DNA from: Cenococcum geophilum
Lineage: Eukaryota
DNA: 64,000 bases
Assembly: GCA_050273025.1 (NCBI GenBank)
Contig: CP158635.1
Location: 33,108,001-33,172,000 of the forward strand
Direction: 5' to 3'
The notes below the pieces were generated by a model that was not told the DNA's origin, ran no database searches, and saw only the letters and a list, made by a program, of their open reading frames with translations. This document shows, piece by piece, positions 12,585 to 24,764 of this stretch; position 1 is the stretch's first letter; every line of letters starts with the position of its first letter. Both the position numbers and the translations under genes were made by a program.

Positions 12585-13782
12585 ACCTCTAAAAATAATA
12601 TTTAATCAGTTGCACGACGAATACTAGGTGTATATCCTCGTAGAGTAATTTCTCGTAGCTACCTAGGAATGGCTTCTCTGCGAGCAGTTAATGACTTCTT
12701 TCCCCATTCTAGTGGGTGAGCGTTGCCGCCTTAAGCTCGCGCGAATCGAGGTGAGTGCTGGGTGAGCAAGGGTGAGCCTGGTAATGAAACAGGGTGATCC
12801 CTCACCCCGCTCAGCGCCGTGCCTCTTCGGGGCTCAAAAAGGCTCTTTCGACCCAGCTTTGTGACGTGACGTACTTTCCCCTTTTCGCCTCAAGCTGCCA
12901 GGCCACAACTTCATCCATTTTCCCTCACCAAACTTCAACTCCAAGCCTCTACACAAAGCCAAATTCTACTCCTATAAGGTTTATCGACCCTATATTTTTT
13001 TACCGTTCTTCTAAGCCCTAGGCCTAATTAAAACGTTTATAGATTATTATTTCATGGCTTGGGAGCGAGGTTACAATTAACTTAGAATTTACTCTACCAG
13101 CCTAAGCAAACTAATACGAAGGTAACCCATCCACTCTATCTAGGAGCCATTAAATACTTAGACAAGCGGATATAATGATAATCCTAGCCTACGAACCCCA
13201 CTACGCCTAGCGAGAAACTATGCCCGAGGCCCAAGAGAAAATAACGGCTAGCGATATATATAAAGATCCTAATCTGCTTGGTGGCTGAATAAGACAGCTA
13301 AAACTACCTATATTTACTATTATCTTAAGCTTTCTTTAAAGGCATTAGTTTGGGGAGACCGGTAGAAGTTAAGGGAGCACCCTAGGTCTTAATCGCAAAG
13401 TAATAGATAAGTAATGCGGGACCTAAATGGCTAATATAGCATCCCATATTTTATTTAAAATAATAGAACTCTTGGATTGTTTAAGTTGGAAGATCTAGCT
13501 GCATAATGGATCTGCTTAGATTACTCGCCTACTTTAGGGGCCTAACGAAACTGAGGCTATGCCAGGGTGGTTAGAATAAGCTAGGCTGAGTAACGCCAAT
13601 CCTCTCTATAGCTCAGGCCGGACGGCAAAAGCAACTAAGCCTACCTATATAGAAATTTATAAGCTATTAAGAGGTTATTTAAACCCCTAGTAATTAATTC
13701 TAGCATATATAACTCCGACGATTAGAGCAAACCTTAGTTGCCTAGTAGATCCTATCCAGCCTACCCGCCTACACGTCTCCAG

Positions 13783-14639
13783 CAGGGTTGCAAATCAATC
13801 AACAAGACTTCAATATTGGGTTGAGTTGGGTGCCAAGACTCAATCAATTCAACCAACTGAGAGTTCGCTCTTGGCAATTCAATCAATTTGGAGGCTCCGA
13901 TTGGGTTGAGTTGATTAAAGAATATTGAAGCTTTGATATTATATATTCTTCCTAGTCTCGCTCACCAAAAATAGTTTACTGTACCCGAGCATCGCCCATT
14001 GTTTACACCGTCATATCGCCGCCCAGTTCTACTACTACTATGGCTTCTATCGCGTCAGATGATGACCAAACGAATACCTCAGTCCTTTCTACCGCTCGTT
14101 CTGATCCTACCGTACCTACCAACCTCCAGTGCGCTTCAGATCACAGCGTAATTAGCAATACCGACGCGTTAATTACCGAATTTAGCCTTACTGGCTTGCT
14201 CTTCGCTGCCAATCGCGCACGACTATAATCTGATATAATTGGAGCTTCAATGGCGCTAGGGTCATGGGATAGGGAAGGCATTATCAATATGGTAGATAGG
14301 CAGTTGAAGCGATCGGCAAAGAAAAAGACAATATTAATGGGCGAGAAGGTAAGTCAACACCATGCCAAGACTTATGATAGACCTATATTGAGAGCCGGGC
14401 GACAGGAAGCATAGTAGGAAATGATTTAGGCATCGCTAGGTAGGTCGTCCTGCATCAACTCTATACTGAGAACTCATAATAGTTGCTGACTACTACACCA
14501 GTTAAACCCAGTTGAACCAGTTGCCAAGACTTCAATATTGATTCAATCGATTCAATTAACTGAGCTCTCTGCTTACAAAGTTTTCAATTCAATCAATTTG
14601 AAGCCTCAGTTGAGTTGAGTTGATTAATTTGCAATCCTG
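13783..14639 (+). mobile_element. Non-autonomous hAT element (857 bp internal deletion derivative)
   Basis: 21 bp TIR CAGGRTTGCAAATYAATCAAC, perfect 8 bp TSD GTCTCCAG, subterminal TCAAT/TTGAG repeats, hAT C-terminal remnant FSLTGLLFAANRARL*SDIIGASMALGSW. Confidence 0.92.
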
Positions 14640-15329
14640 GTCTCCAGGACGTCCACACACAGGCATTGCCTAGTAGGGATCACCCCCCGGACAGGATCCG
14701 CACAGTAACTCTTGGCAGTAACTTTACTGTCCGAATCTTTTGATCGGCGGCGGCTTAGCAGGCGGTAAAGGAAGCCAAGACACTACTCAGGGCCTATTTT
14801 AGCCTTCCCGTTATCTATTTTTACTCTTTCTTGTGCTGTACATGTCTCCCCTTACACGTCTCCCCTTACGCGTCTCCCCTTACACGTCTTCTTTTACGCG
14901 TCTCTTTTTACGCGTCCCTCTACGCGTCTCTTTCTATGCGTCTCTCTATACGCGTTTCCCTTTGTAAGAGAGGCACGGGCAAGGCACAGGTAGAGACGCG
15001 AGTAGGGGTACAAGCATAGCCACAAGCAGAGCCACAAGCAGAGCTACAAGCAGAGCTACAAGCAGAGCCACGAGCAGGGCCACGAGCAGAGCCATGAGTA
15101 GGGCCACAAGCAGGGCAGAGGGAGGAGCAGAGGGGGGCAAAGGGAGAAGTAAAGGGGGCAGCCTAGATAGGAAGGTGGGTTGGTGGGGATGGGAGGTGGG
15201 TCTAGATGAATAGTGCTTAGTTAATCTACAGGGGTAAGTTAAGGCTAAGCTTTGGTATTCCCTTTTTAGGCACCCCTTTCTACCTCTACGCCTTGCACCT
15301 CTATACCTCTCCACTTCTCTACATCTCTA

Positions 15330-15475
15330 CACCCTCCTGTCAACTCCGGTGGTTAGCGCAGCCACGTCTACATGGCCTTACTTTCCCTTAAACAGCAAAA
15401 ATACCAAAACTTCCCCTACAAAAAGGCCGTGTAGATGTAGTGGCTGCGCTAACCACCGGAGTTGACAGGAGGGTG
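15330..15475. mobile_element. 146 bp Tc1/mariner-type MITE
   Basis: Perfect 36 bp TIR CACCCTCCTGTCAACTCCGGTGGTTAGCGCAGCCAC, TA on both sides. Confidence 0.85.
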
Positions 15476-16302
15476 TATTTATGGCTCTGCTCGTAGCTCT
15501 ACTCGTGTCTCTGCTTATGCCTCTACTTATAGCTCTACTTATGGCTCTGCTCGTGCGTCTACTTATATCTCTGCCCGTATCTCTCCCTATATCTCCTTAC
15601 GTCTCTTTATACGTCTCTTTATATATCTTATAGGGGGTTAGGTAGAGAGGTATAGAGATATAGACGTAGAGATATAAAAGTGCAGAGGCGTAGAGGCGAA
15701 AAGGCGTAGAGGCGTAGAGGCGTATAGAGGTATAGCCTATAATGTTTGTAATAGCGCTAGTAAGGGGGGGGGGTCCCTGCTATAGTTAACTTATCCTAAT
15801 AAAGTAATAGGCCTTATAATACTAAAATCTCCCTTAATATATATAGAATACACGCTTTGTATAGTATCTATATGTTTTATATAAATATTATAATAGCAAA
15901 GAACTAGAATTAGCAGCCTATAGAGCCTATAAGGCCTATACTACACCCTCTAATCCGCTACTAAAAAGCTCTAACTCTTACTTATAACTAGTGACGTGAC
16001 TATTAATTACTATATAATATTGGATAGTTATATAGTTAAATCTATAAGCATACCGGGTATATAATTTGATAAATTGGAACAGCATGTAGACCTTAAGGTA
16101 AAGCTACTCCTAAAATGAATACTAGCCGGCCTCCTATTTTTATATAAGCTTAAGTTAAAAAGCTAGTTAAGTTTATATGCGCGTTAAATTAGAACCATTA
16201 AATGTCTTTTTAAAAGCTTGTAGAAGTAATAAATTTTGGAGTAAAGAAGTAAGCTATTTAAACTGCTCTTTTAAGAGAAGGATTTTATTGTTAACTAGCT
16301 AT

Positions 16303-16453
16303 TGTCAGATAATCTGTATTCTAAAGGCGCGGGTCACGTGCACGAAGACACGTCACTGAAGACACGTCAGATCAAGGTCATCAAGACACGATCAAGATCA
16401 TCAATCAATCAACCCATTTCATCAATGAATAGCTCTATATGAGTTATCTGACA
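16303..16453. mobile_element. 151 bp solo LTR, not RIP-mutated
   Basis: TGTCAGATAA...TTATCTGACA termini, 5 bp TSD GCTAT. Confidence 0.88.
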
Positions 16454-16763
16454 GCTATATATAAACCTCTAATTATAGAGAAGAACTAATAGATATAACT
16501 AGCCTGGGCTTTTAAGTATATTAAAATGACAATGGAATAATAGTATAAGATACTCTAAATGGATAAGACTTGGACTATAGGAGGGCGTTATACTTATATG
16601 TGGGTAACTTAATGGGTAGGAGAGGAATGGGATCCTACTTGTATTATGGAAAAGCATTAAAGGAAGAAGGGGTGGATATTTTGGAGCTGTTTTTATAGTA
16701 TAATAAAGGGGCTTAGTATATTCTAGAGGAAGGACTAGGGGTTTATATTAGCAGAGACGTACC

Positions 16764-18057
16764 TAAATATAGCAATAACTATATAATTATAATTAGCTAT
16801 TTAATTGTGATTACTATATAATTACAAGAGGCGATTGCGATTTAATTGCCTAGTTATATTAATTACCTATATTTGGAGTTAGGATCTAATTTTTGATATA
16901 GTAGATAGCTCTATAGGACTTACCTAGATCTTCCTATATTTACCCCAAATTGGTAATAGCCTCTTAGTATTTAGGAAGGCTTTTAATTGTGCTAACTTTT
17001 CTTATCTAATATCTAGCTATTGCCTATATTATTACTACCTGTATTACTAACTCCTTCCTTAATATTTAACACCTTAGCTACTACCTCTGCCGATATAAAA
17101 CCACTAGATTTAACAACTTCGCATACCTATTTTTTCAAATACTCCGTTTATTTAACTACTGTGGCTCTAAGCCTACATAATAACAATAATGTTGTTTACC
17201 GTACACCTAAAAAGACTCATTCTGCTTTAGCCGATATTACTAATATAAAGAGGATATTAGTGGTTATTTAAGAGAGCCTTAGGTAGAACTTTTGCTAAAA
17301 GTGCTTAAGTCACTAAGTGAGGGGGGAGCCGATAATTAATTATAGAAGATTTGCCTATAAGAAGATAAGTTAGGAAGATTTTACGACACTATAATTGGAA
17401 TACCGCTTACAGTAGAAGAGCTCTTATTTTAATTTACCTCTTACTAGTAAGCCTACTAGAGCTTTATTAAGGGTGAATAACTAAAGAGCCTTATCCTTAC
17501 GGGCGCGCTGTTACTTTAGTGGTGGCTTACTAATCTAATAATTAGGATCTTTGTAAGTGGCTATAATATTATTAAACTTATATAAATTATAATCGCTAAG
17601 TATTAAGCTAGTAGTGGCCTTTTCCTCTTTATGGGCTCTTTTTAGGTAGTAGGTGGTATAGAAAAGTTAGCTAAGAGAGGTATAGCTTAAAGCGTAGGTA
17701 GTAAAGGTAAGGTAGATTCGTGGTGGATAAAAAGGTAAGAAAGCTATACGCGGTACCCACGACGCGTTATGTACGCCTACCCTTCTTTAGGCCTATATAG
17801 ATGTATATTATATATATATTAATTAGTTTGGGAATATATATAGATATATTAATTATTATTAGCAATATATGCGCTAATTAGTAAGATCTAGTACCTAACA
17901 CTATGGCTCTCTTACTATTACCACCTGTTCTTACCACGGGTAATTATATTGTTATATCTACGTAACAAAATTATTAGGTGCGATTCTAATTTAATTGGTT
18001 ATGTTACTATATAATTAAACATAACCATAACTAACTAACTAATTATTGCCATATCTG
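16764..18057 (-). mobile_element. Internally deleted hAT element, RIP-mutated
   Basis: TIR CAGATATGGCAATAA (left copy TAAATATAGCAATAA), 8 bp TSD GACGTACC/GATATACT (transitions only); minus-strand ISAKAE*VFLG...YLKN dimerization-domain remnant at ~17120-17290. Confidence 0.85.
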
Positions 18058-20918
18058 GATATACTAATCTTATACAGTTTCTATTATTTATAGCTATATT
18101 AAGTTATAAAGGAGAGCTAAAATTAACCCGGTTTTAATATAGGATAGAGTACCTAGCTATATAGCTGCTAATAAAAAATATCTTAAAGAGAGAGGAGTTA
18201 TTGTAATATACTGGCCGCTATTCTCTTCTAACCTTAACCCTATATAAAAGGTATAGCATATTATAAAGAACTACCTATAAGATTACTACCTGGAAAATAT
18301 AAGCTATGGCTAGTTATGTGCTATAGTTAAAGATGCTTAGGAAAAGGTTAGGAGCTTTAAATTTAAGGCATTAATTAATAGTATGCTAGAGCGTTATTAA
18401 GCTATAATTAATGTAGAAGGTTAATTTATAAAGTACTAGATATATAGATAATATATAGAGTAATAGATTTAATAATTTTAATGTTATAAGGCCTATTACT
18501 TTAGGATAAGTTAACTATAGTAGGGACCTTCCCTTACTAGCTCTATTATAAATATTATGGGCTATACCTCTATAGAGGTGTAGAAGCGTAGAGGCGTAGA
18601 GGCGTAAAGGCGCAGGGGAGGCGCCTCTAGGGGTAGGCCGTGCTAAATTAAGCAATTACTCTAATAAATAAGCTCTAAGCCACTAATTTTACACTAGTAG
18701 AATAAAACTTAATAGAAGATTTGGACCGTAAAGTTACTGCTAAAAGTTACTGTCTAGATCCTGTTTAATTACCCCCTTTACCTACTAATTGCCCACTCTA
18801 TAAGTATAGTTAAGCGGCTTATAGCTATGCTAATATGGTTTTAGCAAAAGCTCCTAAAGGAGAGAAAGGGAGTGTAGTTTTTAGATAAAGATGTTAAGGA
18901 GAGTTATTTAGGTATAACTCGGCTAAAGAAAAAAAGTAGTATTAAAGCAGTATAGAATAATAGAGCAGCATAGACTTATATTAGAGAGCTTGGTAAAGAG
19001 TAAAGGAGTTAGATTAAAAACGGAGATTTAAACTAAGTAAGGCTTGTTAGCCTTTATAGCAAGTTATTAATAGGTAGATTAAAGGTAATATAGTGATCTT
19101 TTTAGACTAGGTTAATTCTAGAGCTCTATAGTAGAGCCATAATTTTATTAGAGTGGATTTTGTTAATTTAATTAATTAATTAAAGTAGACTTAGGGCCAT
19201 GGAGCTCTCCATGCCTGTTGTTCCGCCCTATACTAGCATATAATATATTCTGGATTATTTCTACCTTATTCTAAAACAAAGTCGTTCTTAAAGAGAAATA
19301 AGCCTTATATTGCTTTTAGAGGGTTAATTCTAGATTAATTACTTTATTTAGGAATAAATCTTTTAAAGATTAGGCCAGTTATAAGGTGATAATAGCCTAG
19401 TTAAGGCCTACTAACGCTATATCTACGCCGCTAGTCGTAAAGCTATCTAAAATGGTTGCGCTATATACTTAATTTTTATATTACCTCTAGATATTATTAG
19501 TAAATAGTTATTGCATAAGGTCTAAAATAACCACAAATTACGCCTATGACCCCTATGACGTCGCTAAAGTAGCTGCTTGATAAGTATATATTTAGTTATT
19601 AAATTAGATTTTACAATTAATATAAGTTATTTTATAAAGCTTTTATAACTATTTAATATATTAAGTCTACTTATAAAATCGCCTAACTAGGCTTAGTGTA
19701 TAGGCTTAAGGCTTTAAACTTCAAACTCTATCGCGAATTTTAATTTCTATAAAAAAAATCGCTCCTTACCTACTACCTTCGCGTATAACTTAATTAGAGC
19801 CTTTATAATATATAGGCCTTATTAATAAGTTCTAGATATATATTTAACTTAATTGCGAGCTTAATTCTAATAATAGGATAGTAATAGCGACTTTTGTACC
19901 TAACCTCCCTTTAGTACTTATATAAGGGAATTAGGGGTTCCTAATATTAATAAGGTAGAAAAAGGCTTAACTTGGCATAGTTAGTTAATTAGAGGATATA
20001 GTCTATATTAAACACATTATAAATAGCTAGCTCCCTACTAGAATAGCTGCTTATCGTTTTATTTAGCGCCGTTTAATTAAGACTTTACTAGATTAAGGCA
20101 AAGCCTTTAACGGTCCGGCTCTATATATAATTCGAACTAGGTCTACCTAATTGCCTTACTTAGGCCCACTTAGGCTCTAGCTAAGGCGGTAAGCCCTTCT
20201 ACTACAATTGCTACCAGATTTTTACTACTTATAATAACCTACCTCCGCATCTAATATAATTATATTACCTTCTACCACAAATAAATACTATAACGCCTCT
20301 TGGGCAATTTCTGTCTTCTTAATTATAGTAAAGTCTACCCCTATTAAATATATATAAAAAAAACTAGAGTATATTTAATAAAGCGTGTAATCTAGAATAA
20401 ATATAATAATCTTATTCCCTAGCTTGTTAATCTAAATTGTAAAGTTTACTTATAAGTAGAACGCAACACTAAATTAAAGGCTAAGGCTTAGTAATTTATA
20501 AGGGAAGATGTTTACTTAAAGCTTTAAGGACTTTAGAGACGTCTAAGCGGCTCTAATATTAGGCCTTAAAGGCAGTTCCTAAGCTAGAGATCTATAATAT
20601 AATACTAAGGAGGTATAGCGATATTAAATACTTAGGGTAGAAGAAAATATACTATGCGATTATAATAGAGTATTATAATATAAGATCTATTAAAGCTAAT
20701 TAGCTGCTTAGCTGCTACCGAATCTATAAAGAGTAAGTAGTACTTTTAATTAAAATCTTAATTATATATATATACCCACTTAACTAGATTCTCTTAATAC
20801 TATATTATATTTTCCCCTTTAGTATTTAAAGTGCTATAGCATAGATATAATCTACTTCCTTTATAATCTATTAGCTTAAATTCTATAAGGTTAGTATTAT
20901 TTAAGGTATTATTTAAAT

Positions 20919-22138
20919 TGTCACAGTACGTGCGGACTGTCAAGGTACGATATACGAGGTGACTGTATATAATTGACAAACGATATCGTGTAAGGATCTA
21001 TATAGGAGGTAAGGTGGTATATATACACGTCGCTTAGGGGTTAGGTCCGTGCTTATGCATACGCGTAGCCATAATAACGCGTTAGGTTAGTACCGTGACA
21101 ATATATTTTTCCCTAATAAGGCGAGCTCCTATAAGCTAAGTAACGGCAGTAAAAACATAGAGGTAAAAAAAATAGACTATATATCCTTATCCTTCTAGTC
21201 CTTAAAGGTTCTTATCCTTTTAGTCCTTAAAGGTCCTCGTCCTTACAGTCCTCAGACCCTCCTACCTATATCCCTACTATATTGCTCTCCGCTAGTGCTT
21301 GTCTTAAGCACTAAATAAAGCTAAAGGCGAAGGGGTAAAATAGGGGAGATGAAAAAAAATGTAACCGCGGGGTGTATTGCGGATATTAACTCTTAAAAGG
21401 CTTAGGGGTTACGGAGATTAAGGTTATTGCGTAGACTTAAAAGGCTTAGAGTGCGGAGATCGAGGTTAAAACGTAGATTCTTGTCGCGGTAAACTTGTAG
21501 TATCTATGCGGATTTAAAGACGGAGACGGAGATAGAGATAAGATTATAACCCATAGTCTTATACTATAATTAAAACACGAGGATATAGCCCGCAGGGTAT
21601 CTCCCTGCAGCCGGCTTTAGAAACTTAGGACGTGAAGTAGAAGTATAGCTAGTTACGGAGACTTGGAGACTGAGAAGAGGAACTATAGCCCGTAGGGTAT
21701 CTCCTTACTACCGGCCTAGGAAACTTAGAGACTAAAAAGAGAAACTATAGCCCGTAGGGTGTCTCCCTACTGCCAGCTTAGAAACTTAAAGAGGAGATGG
21801 AGAGGTCGGCTTAAGAATTTAGATAGATTCGATAGAGATTTTACTGGGTCGGCATTGTCGTATAGGGGTAAGAATCCCGCCTAGGGTAGGGTAGCTTTAA
21901 AAACGTGGCTTTAGAAACGAGGCCCTACTAGGGGCGTATAAGATAACACGATATACTGTTATAGTACGTGCGGACTGTTAAGGTACGATATATGAGGTAA
22001 TTGTATATGATTAATAAATGATGTCGTGTGAGGATCTATATAGGAGGTAAGGTGGTATATATACACGTCGCTTAGGGGTCAGGTCCGTGCTCATGTATAC
22101 GCGTAGCTATAACAACGCGTTAGGTCAGTGCCGTGACA
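20919..22138 (-). mobile_element. TRIM (terminal-repeat retrotransposon in miniature), copy 1
   Basis: 182 bp LTRs 20919-21100 and 21957-22138 (TG...CA), TSD TAAAT, non-coding interior, PPT adjacent to left LTR gives minus orientation. Confidence 0.93.
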
Positions 22139-22599
22139 TAAATCTTTATATTTAATTTATATTTATATTTTTTATAAGTAGAGCCTTAGGTAATCTACTG
22201 CCTCACTTTTTTTTTATATTTATACTTGCTAAAAAAATCTTATTTTTCGCTTAATATTTATTTCTCTATAATACTATAGAATATTTATATCCCTATTTAT
22301 TTAGGGGTAGGTATGGTATATATTAGGCTATATATAAATAGGGGAATAAAAATTCTAGATTATAGTTAGGAATTCTAAAATTTAAGTTATAGTGTTATTC
22401 TTTTAGAAATATATCACTAATATTTATAGGAAAGCCGCCTCTACTATAAGGTCTTGCCTAAATACAATTATATTATTAGCTTCCTTTAATCGCACCTAGG
22501 GCAATCTAATTAATATATTTTTATATCCGCTATATTATACTATATATAATACTATATATACAGCCTTTAATCCATAGTGTTATAGCTTTATATATATAA

Positions 22600-23432
22600 T
22601 TATTATTATTTTATTATTTAACATCTAATATGGATCCTAGCTCGGCCTATATAAACTAACCCATATATATATGGGAAAAGTAATATTAATAAAAAAACCC
22701 TAGTATATTGGGGAGAGAAAAGCCCTATAAGCTACCTTAGTAGAGTAAACCCCTATTAACTATTTCCGTACGTAGCTACGGCCCTATATAGCTGCTTAAG
22801 CTACATCTTTAACCTCTATTAGATATTAGATCTCCCTAGTAACCGCTATATTTTTATAGCTTATAGTTTAAACTAGGGTTTACTACGTCCTATCCTAGCT
22901 AGGCCTCGCTACTTATTAATTAATTACTGTATATTATAGTTTCCTATATCTTAACCGTCCCTTTATACTACTTCTTATAAATTACTATATTCTCTTCCCC
23001 CTCTAAGGCCTATTAAAGGCGTAGGGGTATTTATCTATAATAGACGGTAAGTAACTATATACTCCGTAGGTAATTGCCCTAAGGGCTAAAAAGGGGTATA
23101 TTTATATTTATTTATTGCTTACTTACTTATTAATTATAAGGCATTATTAATCTTGGGTTTAGAGTTTAGGGACGCGTTAAATCTATTTTGTATCTATAAG
23201 GATTATATAGGTGGGCTTAGGTAAGGGCGTAGTAATTATTTACTAGAGGGGTTTAATAGTAGTAGTCTTTAGGGTCTTATTACCCCGAAAAATTTCACCG
23301 CCTATAATATTTTAATAACTACTAGCTCCTACCCACACGCTATACAACGTCTTTATATTAGCTCTACTAATTTAAAAACTAGTAGGTTTATAGCTGTTAC
23401 CTTATATAGGTATAAAGTCCAATTTTAATAAC
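22600..23432 (-). mobile_element. 833 bp non-autonomous non-LTR retroposon with ribozyme-like head and (AAT)n tail
   Basis: 19 bp TSD TATAGCTTTATATATATAA (22581-22599 and 23433-23451); tail at 22600-22620; 3' motif shared with three other insertions. Confidence 0.8.
23351..23432 (-). ncRNA. Putative HDV-like self-cleaving ribozyme (RIP-damaged)
   Basis: P1 GTTATTA/TAACAGC (perfect after two RIP reversions), P2 CTTTATA/TATAAAG, P3 CCT/AGG, P4 CTACTAG/TTAGTAG, J4/2 GCTAA; G1 is the first base inside the TSD; L3 (ATATA) is atypically short. Confidence 0.6.
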
Positions 23433-23670
23433 TATAGCTTTATATATATAAATCCTTTTTAAATAGCTTAATATAAACTAGTAGCTATATCCTAGTAGTT
23501 TATAAACCCTTAGTCTAGGGGCTTATAGCTATAATGGTACGAAAAGGCTTTAGAGCAGATTTAAAAGAATAATATATATTTTATTTAAATCTAAGGGTAT
23601 ATATAAGAGTATATATATTAGGTCCCGCAAAAGTCGGAATAGATTTATAATTACTCTCTGTCTTTTTAGC

Positions 23671-23976
23671 TGTATGGTGACGTAGTGCGTGATATATTAT
23701 AGTATAGCTCTTATAAAGAATAAGACGTTACGTAAAGAAGAGAAAGGAATAACGTAAGAGTCCTATAATTAAATAGTTAGGGGTCTTAGCGGTTAATACG
23801 TGTATATATACGCATGCAGTCTTTAACGGACTTTAGTAGAATTTAATTAATCTAGCAGAACTTGGCAGGAATTAATTAAGCTAGCAGAATTTAGTAGAAT
23901 TTGGTTAAAGTATTGGAATTATCCGTTAAGTGTTTTATTAAGGCATTCCTACTATAACTAGGCTGGTTCTGTTATA
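23671..23976 (-). mobile_element. 3' LTR and PPT of a fragmented LTR element (left boundary approximate)
   Basis: PPT complement CCCCCCTTT at 23980; TTCTGCCAAG/TTCTACTAAA-type repeats on the minus strand resembling family A LTRs. Confidence 0.5.
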
Positions 23977-24148
23977 ATACCCCCCTTTAACTAAAGGTTT
24001 AAAATAATTTAATTTTAGTTAAGATTTATAACTTATCGCGTTTTATATATTTATATTAGGTAGCAGTATAGTATTCTACTAGTTCTAATCATTAAATAGA
24101 CTAATTGGGTTTTTCTATACCCAGTATAAAAAATCGCTATTAGCTTAG

Positions 24149-24341
24149 TATAAGGGGGCTTTATAGATAGGGAGCTATAAGGCATAATTGTAAAATAGAA
24201 TAGATTAGTAAGAGAGACAAATCCTTAAGGAAGTAAGGCCTTTAAGATTGTGGAGACTATATACTACGGGCACGTGCCTCTAATATATAACTAATGGACA
24301 TCTAAGGGCAACCTAAGGTAACCGCAATAATATACCTTATA
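24149..24341 (-). mobile_element. 3' LTR of an apparently non-autonomous LTR element hosting the downstream nest
   Basis: Homologous to TSD-flanked solo LTR 49989-50203; followed by PPT complement CCCCCCCCCCTTC. Confidence 0.8.
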
Positions 24342-24764
24342 TTGCCCCCCCCCCTTCTTATAGTTGGCCCCTAATTGCCATTACTTTATAGTAGAGGGAG
24401 ATTATAAGGGCTTGCCCTAGAAGGGGTTCGGAGAGATATTGGTATACTATTATATATTATCTATCTATTTAACCCCTATTTTAAACCCCTAAAAACCTTA
24501 ATAAGAAAAAAATATAATTAGAGAAAAGATATAAAGATTGCTAGAAGACCTATTAAAAGCCTACTAGAAGTATGCTAGTAACTACCTAAGCTAACCTAAA
24601 GATTTTTATGCAACTTTACTTCTAAGCCTTTATACTAGTTTATAATTAATTACAAGTATTATAGGCAATTTGGTGTTTCTAATATAGTTCTATAGAACCT
24701 TTTAGTATAGAATTTAACGTATAAAGCCTTAGCTTACTATTATCTTTAACTATTAAGATATAAT

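Larger units (their letters stand above)
15733..18564 (+). mobile_element. Tc1-like DNA transposon, RIP-inactivated, split by a solo LTR and a hAT element
   Basis: ~95 bp TIRs with TA TSD; transposase remnants MDKTW, KGWIFWSCF, and WPLFSSNLNPI (WPxxSPDLNPIE); frame is continuous once both insertions are removed. Confidence 0.92.
14688..18767. mobile_element. Non-autonomous Mutator-like element built of minisatellite blocks, host to nested TEs
   Basis: ~50 bp TIR (CGGACAGGATCCGCACAGTAACTCTTGGCAGTAACTTTAC vs RIP-mutated reverse complement at 18716-18767); 9 bp TSD ATCACCCCC/ATTACCCCC. Confidence 0.8.

Noticed and set aside
12625..12700. TCCTCGT resembling an HDV L3 loop
   Set aside because: No P1/P3 pairing, TSD or tail around it
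9683..13000. Starship or Helitron capture of the gene island
   Set aside because: No tyrosine recombinase, Rep/helicase or diagnostic termini recognised in the window
14831..15314. ALLV-repeat membrane protein ORF and overlapping 62 aa ORF
   Set aside because: Translation of minisatellite arrays inside the MULE
18777..20918. Possible RIP-destroyed gene or transposase (also 483-932, 6881-7680, 13000-13780)
   Set aside because: Too degraded to assign any motif by eye; left uncalled
21585..21790. CRISPR-like spaced palindromic repeats
   Set aside because: Eukaryotic TRIM interior, only three units, spacers similar to each other, no cas genes
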